A stretch of 29,644 nt of DNA, from positions 1-29,644 of the IMG/VR virus record IMGVR_UViG_3300008255_000359, one strand, 5' to 3'. The notes below the pieces were generated by a model. It did no database searches, was not told where the DNA came from, and worked only from the letters and a program-made list of their open reading frames with translations. This document shows, in pieces, positions 1 through 8,637 of this stretch (within the stretch, counting starts at the first letter, position 1; the number at the start of each line of letters is the position of its first letter). This DNA comes from a virus (taxonomy: Duplodnaviria; Caudoviricetes). Made by a program: the position numbers and the translations under genes.

Positions 1-2
1 AT

Positions 3-153
3 TGGGGTTATATGACTAGCTTCTATTTTTGCCCAGAAACAAGTTATGCAAGTAACGCATCTACAGCAATGTACGATACCATTGGAAAGGATTTAAAAGC
101 TAGCCATGAACTAAAAGAGATGGTAAATGAACTATTAGGGGGTCGAGATACAA
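3..153 (+). pseudogene. Probable host CDS fragment interrupted by the phage left end
   Basis: Frame 3 is open from the window start (WGYMTSFYFCPE...LLGGRDT) to the TG at 154; the rest of ORF 12..254 is run-on into phage end DNA. Confidence 0.5.
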
Positions 154-176
154 TGTATTATAGGATTGAGACAAAT
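154..176 (+). repeat. Left terminal inverted repeat (attL)
   Basis: TGTATTATAGGATTGAGACAAAT matches the reverse complement of the right end (TGTATTATAAAACAGCGACAAAT) at 18 of 23 positions, first 9 identical. Confidence 0.88.
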
Positions 177-256
177 AGAGGGTTATTTTTGGCTTTTTTC
201 TCATTATTTAAAGGGTTTTGTTCTTTTTTGCCCTTTATTTTTTGGCCGTTTTAAAT

Positions 257-293
257 GTTTCTTGTTGTTACTTGCAGTTTCTTGTTGTTACTT
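257..293 (+). repeat. 17-bp direct repeat near the left end
   Basis: GTTTCTTGTTGTTACTT at 257-273 and 277-293 (20-bp period). Confidence 0.85.
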
Positions 294-312
294 TTGGTGT
301 GTTATTGATCTT

Positions 313-1074
313 TTATAAAGGGTTTAGTGTTCTTCCAATCCAAGTAACTTCTCCTATTATTTCGCAGTCGGGGCCTGTGCTTATATCTACTGGTGGGTAA
401 ATTTGATTGTCTGATATTAAGCGATATTGATTATTTGCGATTTTTTGGACTCTTTTGATTCGATAGTTGTCGTCCAGGCGAACTAGATATATTGCGTCTC
501 TTGCTACTGATCTTCTTGATCGATCTATAAGTATGGTGTCATTCTCATATAGCGTTGGCTCCATGCTGTCGCCTGCTACTTTTATTAAGAATAGGTCTTT
601 TGAGCTTGATTTTAGCGTGTTTTTTATAAAGTATGATCTAAATGAGAATTGTATTGGCTCTCTATCTTCTATTAGGCGACCTGAGCCAGCATGAGCATAC
701 ACATTATAGAATGGAACTTTAGTGTATTCTGAATCATAGATTGATCCTGGTTCTGCTGCGCTTCCTGTATTAGAGTGTGAAACTGGTTTCGCACTTCTGT
801 TTAGGTCTTCTGATTGTCCATCTGGTTGGACACTTGTCTCATTGTGTGAAATCGATTTCACACTTTCTGCGCTTTTCCGCACACCTGTTATGATATAATT
901 TATATCGATCGGTGTTACATCGTTTACTTTTTCTAGCATGGATATGCGGAAATCGTGCCCATCCTTAAACGCATCATAGAGAGTCCGATCGGCTATTTCT
1001 GCCAATTGACCAATTTTTCTCGCTGATAATGGAGAATTGGTTACCTCTTCCTTGAAACGATGATTTATACTCAA
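313..1074 (-). CDS. Phage repressor, N-terminal HTH plus C-terminal S24 (LexA/CI-type) peptidase domain
   Basis: VPFYNVYAHAGSG (Ala-Gly cleavage site), VAGDSMEPTL (catalytic Ser), RIKRVQ (catalytic Lys), IIGEV; divergent from the early operon; TTG start. Confidence 0.92.
   Translation of the reverse strand: MSINHRFKEEVTNSPLSARKIGQLAEIADRTLYDAFKDGHDFRISMLEKVNDVTPIDINYIITGVRKSAESVKSISHNETSVQPDGQSEDLNRSAKPVSHSNTGSAAEPGSIYDSEYTKVPFYNVYAHAGSGRLIEDREPIQFSFRSYFIKNTLKSSSKDLFLIKVAGDSMEPTLYENDTILIDRSRRSVARDAIYLVRLDDNYRIKRVQKIANNQYRLISDNQIYPPVDISTGPDCEIIGEVTWIGRTLNPL
775..794. repeat. Degenerate copy of the 20-bp palindrome in the repressor linker
   Basis: GTGTGAAACTGGTTTCGCAC; encodes SAKPVSH on the - strand. 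Confidence 0.8.
844..863. repeat. Perfect 20-bp palindrome in the repressor linker
   Basis: GTGTGAAATCGATTTCACAC, identical to 2418-2437. Confidence 0.95.
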
Positions 1075-1093
1075 GCAAAAAAAATTAGTATAA

Positions 1094-1153
1094 ATATGCG
1101 ATTAATCGCGAAATATATTTGCATATATGCGACATATCGCAGTATATTGCGAT
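1094..1153 (+). promoter_or_regulatory. Lysis/lysogeny switch: two operators and the early promoter
   Basis: ATATGCGATTAATCGC (1094-1109) and ATATGCGACATATCGC (1125-1140), both with a GCGA-N4-TCGC dyad; the second lies between a -35-like TTGCAT (1119-1124) and a -10-like TATATT (1143-1148). Confidence 0.72.
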
Positions 1154-1195
1154 AGAAATTAGAACACACTACGAACTTCTAAACTAAAATACAAT

Positions 1196-1447
1196 ATGTC
1201 GCAATTATCTCAAAGTATTTCTACTCGGGAAATTAGTAAGGACAAAGTGGTTGCACTGCTTCAGTATGGTGACATACAGAAAATTGCAGAACGTACACCC
1301 TATTGTTATGACTACGTATCTCGAATTATTCGTAAGAAAAAGGAAAATGACGCTGTTTGGGCAGCTGCATTAAGTTTCCTTGATTCAAGATCTAATCTTG
1401 AAATTAGTTTAAGGCTTCAAAATTTGGTAGGCCATGAAGCAGCGTGA
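1196..1447 (+). CDS. Ner/Cro-like small DNA-binding regulator
   Basis: First gene opposite the repressor; HTH-like segment GDIQKIAERTPYCYDYVSRII. Confidence 0.65.
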   Translation: MSQLSQSISTREISKDKVVALLQYGDIQKIAERTPYCYDYVSRIIRKKKENDAVWAAALSFLDSRSNLEISLRLQNLVGHEAA

Positions 1448-1703
1448 GCCATTGACTGTCTTTTTACTTAGACAGGAGAAAAATCCTGCTGTAATAGCTG
1501 ATAAGTGCGGTTGCTCCCTTGCAACTGTGTATCGGTTTGCTCAAAAAGAGGGCGTTAATCTGAAGCTTATTCGCTTGGCTGAACAGGTCCCTGAGACAAT
1601 GTTGATTAAACGCCTGGTCTCGAAAAAAATATCTCAAAAAGAAGTCGCTCGTCAGTTTGGCGTGAGCGAGTCTTATATAAGTAAGGTGGTAAATAATGGC
1701 TGA
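1434..1703 (+). CDS. Tandem HTH DNA-binding protein
   Basis: Two HTH motifs: IADKCGCSLATVYR and SQKEVARQFGVSESYISKV. Confidence 0.8.
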   Translation: MKQREPLTVFLLRQEKNPAVIADKCGCSLATVYRFAQKEGVNLKLIRLAEQVPETMLIKRLVSKKISQKEVARQFGVSESYISKVVNNG

Positions 1704-2139
1704 AATCGATTATCGTGCTCGTAAATATCATGTAGCTCGACAGATTTATATTAATAAGTGTATTGAAAGTGGCGTGTGGGAAGATCGCGCACATTTTAAG
1801 ACTTGGTTGTTTGCTGAGTTTGGCACTGAGAGCACTAAGAAATTAAATAAGGTGCAATTAAAGGTGCTTTGGATTTATCTGCGGTTTTATGCAGGTGAGA
1901 TTCCTAGACCAGATTTTGGCGCTCAATATCCTTGGCGAATTTCTCCTAAACAGCTTTGGAGAGTTAAAGAGTTAGTTAAGGCTCTTACTTGGTCGGAAGA
2001 TCATTTAAATAAATTTATTCAAAAACAACTTGGGGTTAGCTCTTTTGCGAATGCTCTATCGAAAGAGGCTGCAACAAAGCTGATCACTGGACTAGATAAA
2101 ATTTACACCCATAATTTAAGGAAAATCAATAATGACTAA
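1696..2139 (+). CDS. gemA: GemA / Mu gp16 (DUF1018)-like protein
   Basis: FGTESTKKLNKVQL and LSKEAATKLITGL segments, 147 aa, Mu-like early context. Confidence 0.7.
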   Translation: MAEIDYRARKYHVARQIYINKCIESGVWEDRAHFKTWLFAEFGTESTKKLNKVQLKVLWIYLRFYAGEIPRPDFGAQYPWRISPKQLWRVKELVKALTWSEDHLNKFIQKQLGVSSFANALSKEAATKLITGLDKIYTHNLRKINND

Positions 2140-2920
2140 TGATGTCGTTCAATATACTGATGACTCGACTGGAGAAATTGTACAGATAACGCAGGAAATG
2201 CGTGATCGTGCTGTGATCGTTGACGCAAATTTAAAGAAATCGATGCTTGAGAGTTACATTGCTCTTAGTGAAATGGTTGACGATAAATTGTATCTGGCCC
2301 TTGGTTACACTACAGCTCGTGAATACTTCGCTAGTATTGGCACGAGTGATAGAATGGCTTATTTAAGTGCTCAGATTGGTCGGGAGTTTCGCCAGGCATT
2401 GGGTTCTGGTGAGAAAAGTGTGAAATCGATTTCACACTCTGTTGCAAATTTGGGTGTATTGAAGCTTAGACAAATCATTCAGGCTGGGTCTGAAAAGTTT
2501 CAGCAGTTGGTTGCTGATGGTTCGATTGTTATTGAAGATCGGGAATTGTCTGTTGATGAAATTTCTCGCAGATCAGCTAATGATTTGAAAGATGAGCTTA
2601 AAAAGCTTCGCGAGAAATCGCAAGAGGCTGATGAATTGCAAATGCAGCTCAAAATTAAGCAACGTGAATTGGATTCAACTATGTCTGATTTACAGGACTT
2701 GAAAAAATATGAGCCAATTCGTGAGAAGGTTTCTGCCTTTCGTGAGTCTTATAGCAAATTGAATAAACAAGCTGAAGATATGATGCTCAATCTGAATAGG
2801 ATTGAAGCTGATCAGTTGTTACCTGAGAATCAAGCTGAGTTGGTTAAGTTCCTGAATGGTTTTTACGACTTGATGGAGCTATACAGACAACGTTATTCAG
2901 AGTTATTCATCACTTATTAA
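2132..2920 (+). CDS. DUF3102-like HTH protein with C-terminal coiled coil
   Basis: LSEMVDDKLYLALGYTTAREYF...SDRMAY...LGVLKL pattern; directly upstream of the transposase as in many Mu-like phages. Confidence 0.6.
   Translation: MTNDVVQYTDDSTGEIVQITQEMRDRAVIVDANLKKSMLESYIALSEMVDDKLYLALGYTTAREYFASIGTSDRMAYLSAQIGREFRQALGSGEKSVKSISHSVANLGVLKLRQIIQAGSEKFQQLVADGSIVIEDRELSVDEISRRSANDLKDELKKLREKSQEADELQMQLKIKQRELDSTMSDLQDLKKYEPIREKVSAFRESYSKLNKQAEDMMLNLNRIEADQLLPENQAELVKFLNGFYDLMELYRQRYSELFITY
2417..2438. repeat. Perfect 22-bp palindrome inside the DUF3102-like gene
   Basis: AGTGTGAAATCGATTTCACACT, encodes SVKSISH. Confidence 0.95.
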
Positions 2921-2930
2921 GGGTTTAGAC

Positions 2931-4580
2931 ATGCCAGCCAAGGTTGAAATAAAAGACGAACTATTGCGCGATATTCGCTTACAAATTCTAAGTGCAGGTC
3001 ACGGTAATTCTCGCCAGTTGGTTGAGAAATACGCAAAGGATTTGGGTGTATCTGCTGCAACGTTATATCGTAGGTTGGATGTTACTAAAGGTTCAAAAAA
3101 AAGCCCTCGTGAATCTAAAATTGATTCTGCTCTTATTCTTGATGTTGGCGCTTTAAAGGTGCAAGCAGGTTCTGTTGGACGTAATAAACGTTATTTGCGT
3201 ACTGAAGATGCTATTCGATTAGCGGAACAGTCTGGAGTTGTTGAGCCTGGACAATTGAATGCAACTACTGTCAATCAGCGGTTACGTCAGTTGGGCTTTA
3301 ATGCTCCTCGTGCTTATTCTCGATTTGAAGATTCACATGTGAATCAAGTTCACATGCTTGACTTTTCCGTTAGTGAATACTTTGGCGTTGTTAAGCGTGG
3401 TGAGAGTGATTGGGTTGTTACTCCAGTTGGAAAAAGTATTGCTAATCCTTACAAAAACAAGCAAGGTGAGCAAAAAATGAAGCTTTGGTTGTCAGCTTTG
3501 GTTGATACTTGGTCTCGTAGATCGTTCATTCAATACTTTGTTTCTCCTGGTGAAAGTTTGCAAATGGTTGCTGAGTTTTTTAATGCGTGTTATTTCCGCA
3601 ATGATGCGAATTTTGAAGCTTTTGCATTGCCTGCCAAAATGGAGTTAGATCAAGGTGCTGTTGGTAAAAGTGAGGCTTTTACTGAAGGTATGAGACGCTT
3701 AGGTGTTGAGGTTGTTTTAAAAGCATCCAAGTCTGAACGTGAAATGATTCATCAATCTGGTGGTAAAATTGAGCGCCGTTTTCGCTCTTATTGGCAGTCT
3801 GAATTATTGTTTCATCAAGTTTTACAGGCTAAAGAGATTCGTGAAATCAGTCTTACGGACTTGAATTTGTTGGCTTATTCTGAAATGTTGAAAATTAATG
3901 AGAAGGCGCACCCTATTGTACGTCGATCTTCTATTAAACAGCGTTACGAATTAGGTTTGCAAGAGCGTAAAGTCGCAGCAAATAAAGGTGATATTGCTTT
4001 AGGTAATCGGTATTTAGAGCAAGATATTTATGAGGTTCTCTTTAAGCAACAATATAGATCTGTTGATGCAGCAGGTTGTATTTCTCTGAATAATGAACTG
4101 TATGAGATTGATGATAAACGCTTTGTGATGAGTCGAATACAGGTAATTACTGATGCAATGGGTCGCATGAAAGGCGTTGGAGAGTTGCCGAATGGTACTT
4201 CTACGAGCTTTGATATTTGGCCATTGGTTCAAAGTGAAATGAAGCGGACAAAACCTGCTGAGACATTAAGACAGCAATTAACTCAACGTGAGGTTGCTCT
4301 TAATGCAGATGCGGTTGGTATCGAATTGACCTTACCAACTGAACACACGAATGTAAGAAAACTTACTACTAAACAAGTTGAAGTGAAAGCTGAAACGGCT
4401 TTCACAGAACAATCTGAGCCTGTTCTTGGCTTGGATGAAGCTAAAAAGTATCTGTGTACGGCGCTTGGCTGTCGCTGGAATGAGATTCCTGAAATTATAC
4501 AGACACTTGTACAAACTGCTCATGAGTCAGGCAAATTGACTCAAAAAACTGTTGATCAATTGCGCAAAGCGGTTGGTTAA
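2931..4580 (+). CDS. MuA-like DDE transposase
   Basis: N-terminal HTH (AKDLGVSAATLYRRL); RNase H-fold motifs HMLDFS, LVDTWSR, LDQGA, GKIERRF; C-terminal RSVDAAGCISLNNELY resembling the Mu transposase C domain. Confidence 0.9.
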   Translation: MPAKVEIKDELLRDIRLQILSAGHGNSRQLVEKYAKDLGVSAATLYRRLDVTKGSKKSPRESKIDSALILDVGALKVQAGSVGRNKRYLRTEDAIRLAEQSGVVEPGQLNATTVNQRLRQLGFNAPRAYSRFEDSHVNQVHMLDFSVSEYFGVVKRGESDWVVTPVGKSIANPYKNKQGEQKMKLWLSALVDTWSRRSFIQYFVSPGESLQMVAEFFNACYFRNDANFEAFALPAKMELDQGAVGKSEAFTEGMRRLGVEVVLKASKSEREMIHQSGGKIERRFRSYWQSELLFHQVLQAKEIREISLTDLNLLAYSEMLKINEKAHPIVRRSSIKQRYELGLQERKVAANKGDIALGNRYLEQDIYEVLFKQQYRSVDAAGCISLNNELYEIDDKRFVMSRIQVITDAMGRMKGVGELPNGTSTSFDIWPLVQSEMKRTKPAETLRQQLTQREVALNADAVGIELTLPTEHTNVRKLTTKQVEVKAETAFTEQSEPVLGLDEAKKYLCTALGCRWNEIPEIIQTLVQTAHESGKLTQKTVDQLRKAVG

Positions 4581-4599
4581 TCTCTAAAAAAATGAACAC

Positions 4600-5487
4600 A
4601 TGAAAATTGAAAAGTATCTATACGAACATTTCGGAAAAGTAAAACCTACTGGTTTTTTTGAAGCTACTCCGACTTTTAAGAAAATACATGCTGCATTAGA
4701 AGGTGCGGTTGAAGATGCTCAGTGGTTGGCTATTTATGGACCGATTATGAGTGGAAAAACAACAGCGGTTGATTTCGCTTTATCTCGCATTCAGTCTGGA
4801 AGTCGTGAACGTTGCCGATTTGTTAATCTATACTGGCCAGAGCGCACAGGTATCAATATCTCTGAGATTTTGAATCAGATTATTTACACGACAGGACTGG
4901 AATTTATTGGTACAGCTTCACCAAAGCGCGGAAAAGAAATGAGAATGTTACAAGTACTTGACATTCTTACAGCTGCTAAGGTTAAAGGCAATCATATCGT
5001 GCTTTTGATTGATGAAGCTCACGAGTTACACCTTGCAACTCTAAAGGCTTTAAAACGCCTTTGGGAGTACAAATTCAAGGGACAAAGTGATCTAATTTCT
5101 ATCATTTTGACTGGACAACCTTCACTTGAAAAGAAGATTCAAAGTGATGCTGAGATTCGTAAGCGTGTTATTCAGATGCCTTTTGAATATGCTCAGGGCT
5201 CTCGTGCGCACATTGCGAAATTCATTGGCTCTGGCTTGATTAACAACGAAATTGCTTCTGCTTTGTCTTCTCGATTTGAGCAAGTTGGTGATATTGTACA
5301 CGCTATTCGCGAGGCTATGTTGACCGCTGAAATGTTGGGTACAGATGCTTTAGATGTTACTTATTTCCCTTGGCCGACTGAGAGAAAAGAGTCTCGCAGA
5401 CGTGGTGAAAAGTTAAGTGTTGATGCTTCTGCACTTGAAGATTTAGCTGGACGTTTTGGTGTAAGAAAGGATGGGACTAATGGATAG
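4600..5487 (+). CDS. MuB/ExeA-like AAA ATPase (transposition protein B)
   Basis: Walker A GPIMSGKT, Walker B LLIDEAH, IILTGQP; follows the transposase. Confidence 0.9.
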   Translation: MKIEKYLYEHFGKVKPTGFFEATPTFKKIHAALEGAVEDAQWLAIYGPIMSGKTTAVDFALSRIQSGSRERCRFVNLYWPERTGINISEILNQIIYTTGLEFIGTASPKRGKEMRMLQVLDILTAAKVKGNHIVLLIDEAHELHLATLKALKRLWEYKFKGQSDLISIILTGQPSLEKKIQSDAEIRKRVIQMPFEYAQGSRAHIAKFIGSGLINNEIASALSSRFEQVGDIVHAIREAMLTAEMLGTDALDVTYFPWPTERKESRRRGEKLSVDASALEDLAGRFGVRKDGTNG

Positions 5488-5872
5488 TTTGAATAGGAGT
5501 CTGGAGTCTGGAGTCGGGAGTCTAGGGCTTGACAGCGATTACGTTCGAGTAATTAATGCAGTTCTTGATGAGGTTCTTCAAGAACGTGCTAAGCAGGATG
5601 ACAAATTTGGACAACAGAATCACAATACTGTTGCATGGATGGCGATTTTAACTGAAGAGGTTGGCGAGTCTGCTAAAGAGGCATGTGAGGTTTATTTTAA
5701 ACAACGTCTTCGTTTTAAAAATAAAGAAGTAGGTGAACTTTACTCTGCTGGATTAAAAAATCTAAGAGAAGAACTTATACAGGTTGCAGCTGTTGCTGTT
5801 GCTTTTGTAGAGAGTTTAGATAGAAATGAATTAAGTACAAATGGACGTAAAATCGAGGTAAGAAATGGGTGA
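5471..5872 (+). CDS. MazG-like nucleotide pyrophosphohydrolase (start may be 5480)
   Basis: ERAKQDDKFG, WMAILTEEVGE and LREELIQVAAVA motifs. Confidence 0.75.
   Translation: MGLMDSLNRSLESGVGSLGLDSDYVRVINAVLDEVLQERAKQDDKFGQQNHNTVAWMAILTEEVGESAKEACEVYFKQRLRFKNKEVGELYSAGLKNLREELIQVAAVAVAFVESLDRNELSTNGRKIEVRNG
5496..5523 (+). repeat. 7-bp tandem repeat, 4 copies
   Basis: GGAGTCT GGAGTCT GGAGTCG GGAGTCT. Confidence 0.9.
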
Positions 5873-6128
5873 GAAACATATTCAACTTAGTGAGGCTACT
5901 TTGATTCTTTTGAATCAGATGAATGCTCAGGATAAGGTTAATCGTTTTGAGGCGGCTTTGGCTCGTAAAGAGCAGTTTGTTGCTATTAATGCGACTTTGT
6001 TTAATCAAGAATCAAAGTTGCAGTTGGCTGATCATGCTTTTATGGCAGGGTATATTGAAGGCACATTGCATTCTCTTCGCTTAAAAATTGCAGAATCGCT
6101 TAATGAACAGGAGGTTTCTAATGGTTAA
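5865..6128 (+). CDS. Hypothetical protein
   Basis: Overlap-coupled ORF with GAGGT RBS-like sequence upstream. Confidence 0.7.
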   Translation: MGEKHIQLSEATLILLNQMNAQDKVNRFEAALARKEQFVAINATLFNQESKLQLADHAFMAGYIEGTLHSLRLKIAESLNEQEVSNG

Positions 6129-6669
6129 GCTGAATGAATTTCAATGGAAAGCTGAGGCTGGTTCTGAAGCTTCTAAAATTGTTACTGATTTCTTTGAGAA
6201 GAGAAAGAAAGCAGTTGCTCGTGCTAGTGAGTTAGCTGAAAAGCTAGGCTTTCAAGACGTTGGCTCATTGAATGGTAGTTTTGTTTTGCAAAATCCTTCA
6301 GGTAAAACTTCTCTAAAATCTTACAGAAAAATGAGAGGCTATTATCAACTCAAGAAAAATTGTAAACCTTGCGAGGATTACGTTGAGTTTTCTTACTTAG
6401 GTATCGAAGGTTCTGAAGACTTGTGTAAACTTTTGTTCGGAGATTCTACTTTTATTTGGTTTGGTGATCGCATTTTAAAAGGAGTTGGTTCTACAAATGT
6501 CGAGGGAACTGTTATAATTAACCTACACCCTTATCAATACTTTGAGCTTGAACGTTCTGGTAAGTTGAAAATGGCTAGTGGTTTAAAAAGTCTTTTTGCA
6601 GATGAGATTTTCGAGCTTTCAAAAGCTAGTTATTTGAAAGATTACCCTGCTAAAGAGGTGCAAGCATGA
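6121..6669 (+). CDS. Hypothetical protein
   Basis: ATG at 6121 after GGAGGT is preferred over the TTG at 6088; coupled to neighbours. Confidence 0.7.
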   Translation: MVKLNEFQWKAEAGSEASKIVTDFFEKRKKAVARASELAEKLGFQDVGSLNGSFVLQNPSGKTSLKSYRKMRGYYQLKKNCKPCEDYVEFSYLGIEGSEDLCKLLFGDSTFIWFGDRILKGVGSTNVEGTVIINLHPYQYFELERSGKLKMASGLKSLFADEIFELSKASYLKDYPAKEVQA

Positions 6670-7211
6670 AAATCATAACTGCTTCTCATCGCCATATTGA
6701 CCCTGTAAATCTGTTTATTGATGAGGTTGATTTGAATGACATTGCTATTTCATTGTCTCGAATTTGCCGTTATAACGGCCACACGGTGCATCATTATTCT
6801 GTTGCTCAACATTGTGTCCTGGCATCTTATTTAGTCGAGGAAAAAGACGCTCTTTGGGCACTTTTGCACGATGCGGCTGAAGCTTATTTGGGTGACATTA
6901 TTGCACCTGTTAAGCTGCTTGTTCCTGAGTTTTCAAAGCTTGAGGAAATGGTTATGGAGGTTATTTCTCAGCGTTTTCAGCTTAAAGGTGCTATGCCTGA
7001 GAGTGTACATACAGCAGATCAGTATTTGCGTGATGTTGAAATCAGTTCCTTCTTTTATGGTACAAACCTGCTCATGCCTTGGAGTGCTGAATTTGCTATG
7101 AACGCTTTTACACAGCGATTTATGGAGCTTACCACAGGGCAACATTTGACAGAATTTGTCAACAATTTAATCAAACAACAATTAAAATCACTTGTACACT
7201 ATGTCAACTGA
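6666..7211 (+). CDS. HD-domain phosphohydrolase (YfbR-like 5'-deoxynucleotidase family)
   Basis: DIAISLSRICRYNGH, YSVAQH, LLHDAAEAYLGD. Confidence 0.9.
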   Translation: MKIITASHRHIDPVNLFIDEVDLNDIAISLSRICRYNGHTVHHYSVAQHCVLASYLVEEKDALWALLHDAAEAYLGDIIAPVKLLVPEFSKLEEMVMEVISQRFQLKGAMPESVHTADQYLRDVEISSFFYGTNLLMPWSAEFAMNAFTQRFMELTTGQHLTEFVNNLIKQQLKSLVHYVN

Positions 7212-7830
7212 AGCATCTCGGCTTCGCACTGAGCCCAAAAAGAAAGTGCATCGAAAAATGTTAGAGCTTACAACGACACCAGCTCAAACAGATATGCTTA
7301 TGAAGCAAATTATGCGTGAATATTTGCGCTTGATTAATGCTCAGAAAGATTTTGACTGTTTCGTTAAAGAGACGATTATCGAGGGAATAATTGAAGCTGG
7401 CAATGAGAAGTTGCAGCCTGAAGATCAGCAAGAATCTATGACGCTTTATACCTCAGACGGTAAGTTTCGTTTTAACATTGGTCGCTCTTCACGTCGCTTT
7501 TTTGACGATCGCGTTCATCAAGCAAAAGTATTTTTGCAGGATTTTATTAATGAATATGAAACGAGTTCTGTTGATGCTTCCCCCGACATTGTAGTGCTTA
7601 TTACTATGCTAAAAAGCTTGTTTTTTGGCAATAAGGCTGGCGGTAAACACTTCAAATATACTCCTGAGTTGCAGGCGTTTTTGTCGATGTCACCAGACGA
7701 TTTACACGATGAGCGTGTGCGCAAAGCTCATGAGATTTTGAATTCCTGTATCCATGTAACCAAAGGTAAATGGTACACTACGATTTCAGAATACAATGAA
7801 GAAACACTAGAGTATGAGGTTCTGAAGTAA
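7201..7830 (+). CDS. DUF3164-like Mu-type early protein
   Basis: MTLYTSDGKFR...FDDRVHQAK pattern, about 210 aa, context; ATG at 7201 preferred. Confidence 0.6.
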   Translation: MSTEASRLRTEPKKKVHRKMLELTTTPAQTDMLMKQIMREYLRLINAQKDFDCFVKETIIEGIIEAGNEKLQPEDQQESMTLYTSDGKFRFNIGRSSRRFFDDRVHQAKVFLQDFINEYETSSVDASPDIVVLITMLKSLFFGNKAGGKHFKYTPELQAFLSMSPDDLHDERVRKAHEILNSCIHVTKGKWYTTISEYNEETLEYEVLK

Positions 7831-8042
7831 TGAGTTCAGAAATTGACATCAGACCATTATTATCCGATGCAAACGTGCTTATGCAACAGCCTAAGCACGT
7901 ACTTGCAATTACTCTTGCAGGAATGGTGCAGATGCAAGTTGTACACGCTGATTTGGCTAAAGTGCTTTTGAATGCGAGTTCGATTATAACTGAAACTGAA
8001 TACTTGGCAATGCAGCATGAAGTTGGGAATTTCAAAAATTAA
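7830..8042 (+). CDS. Hypothetical protein
   Basis: TAATG coupling with the upstream gene. Confidence 0.65.
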   Translation: MSSEIDIRPLLSDANVLMQQPKHVLAITLAGMVQMQVVHADLAKVLLNASSIITETEYLAMQHEVGNFKN

Positions 8043-8637
8043 CTTTCTTGTGGCTGTTCCTCTCGTGGTAATGTCTGTTCACTTGTATCAGTTTTTTGAG
8101 ACTGATCATTGGCTCGTTCGCTTGGCTTTATCTGCTAGTTTTGACGTTCTCGTTGTAGCTCTTTTTTACTTTCTGAAAGATGAACACATCAAAAAAAATA
8201 AGACCGCATTGAAGATGACTTGGTCTGCTTTGTTCGTGTTAATTGGCTTTCAGGTTTATGTAAATGTGTGGGCTTATTGGGAATTGAATTGGTTTAGAGC
8301 GCTTGTTTCTGGTTCGATTTTTCCTGTTCTGGTTGGTATGATTAGCTATATCGGGATGATGCGAGAAGAGCGCGTTGAGAAGGCTGTGCAGGTGAAGAGT
8401 AAACAGAAAGAGCGTGCCCTTTCTGTACAGAGTGCTAGGAATTCTGAGAATAGTGAGACAGAGCGTGCTCTGTCTGTACCGAAAACGGTTAAGGCTGTTG
8501 AGAATACTTCTCGATTGGCTAGTAAGGAAGCTGTTATTGCAGCTGTGAAATCTGGGCGCGGGATTGAAGAATTTCGCGGCTGTTCTAATTGGCGAAGTGT
8601 TAAACGATGGGCTGAACACAATGGACGCAATTTATAA
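8017..8637 (+). CDS. Membrane protein (4 hydrophobic helices) with a charged C-terminal tail; DUF2637/SpdA-like architecture
   Basis: Four hydrophobic segments, then a coiled or low-complexity linker with ERALSV twice and a small helical C-terminal domain. Confidence 0.6.
   Translation: MKLGISKINFLVAVPLVVMSVHLYQFFETDHWLVRLALSASFDVLVVALFYFLKDEHIKKNKTALKMTWSALFVLIGFQVYVNVWAYWELNWFRALVSGSIFPVLVGMISYIGMMREERVEKAVQVKSKQKERALSVQSARNSENSETERALSVPKTVKAVENTSRLASKEAVIAAVKSGRGIEEFRGCSNWRSVKRWAEHNGRNL

Noticed and set aside
257-293. CRISPR mini-array
   Set aside because: Two 17-bp repeats separated by 3 bp; no spacers or cas genes.
218-694. ORFs 218..400 and 467..694 (+)
   Set aside because: They lie over end repeats or antisense to the repressor, with no protein-like features.
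844-863. Canonical parS site
   Set aside because: It shares GTGAAA/TTTCAC half-words with TGTTTCACGTGAAACA but in the opposite arrangement, and no ParB domain gene was recognised.
1701-1711. TGAAATCGATT as another copy of the 20-bp palindrome
   Set aside because: Only the core matches and the flanking arms are missing; could be chance.
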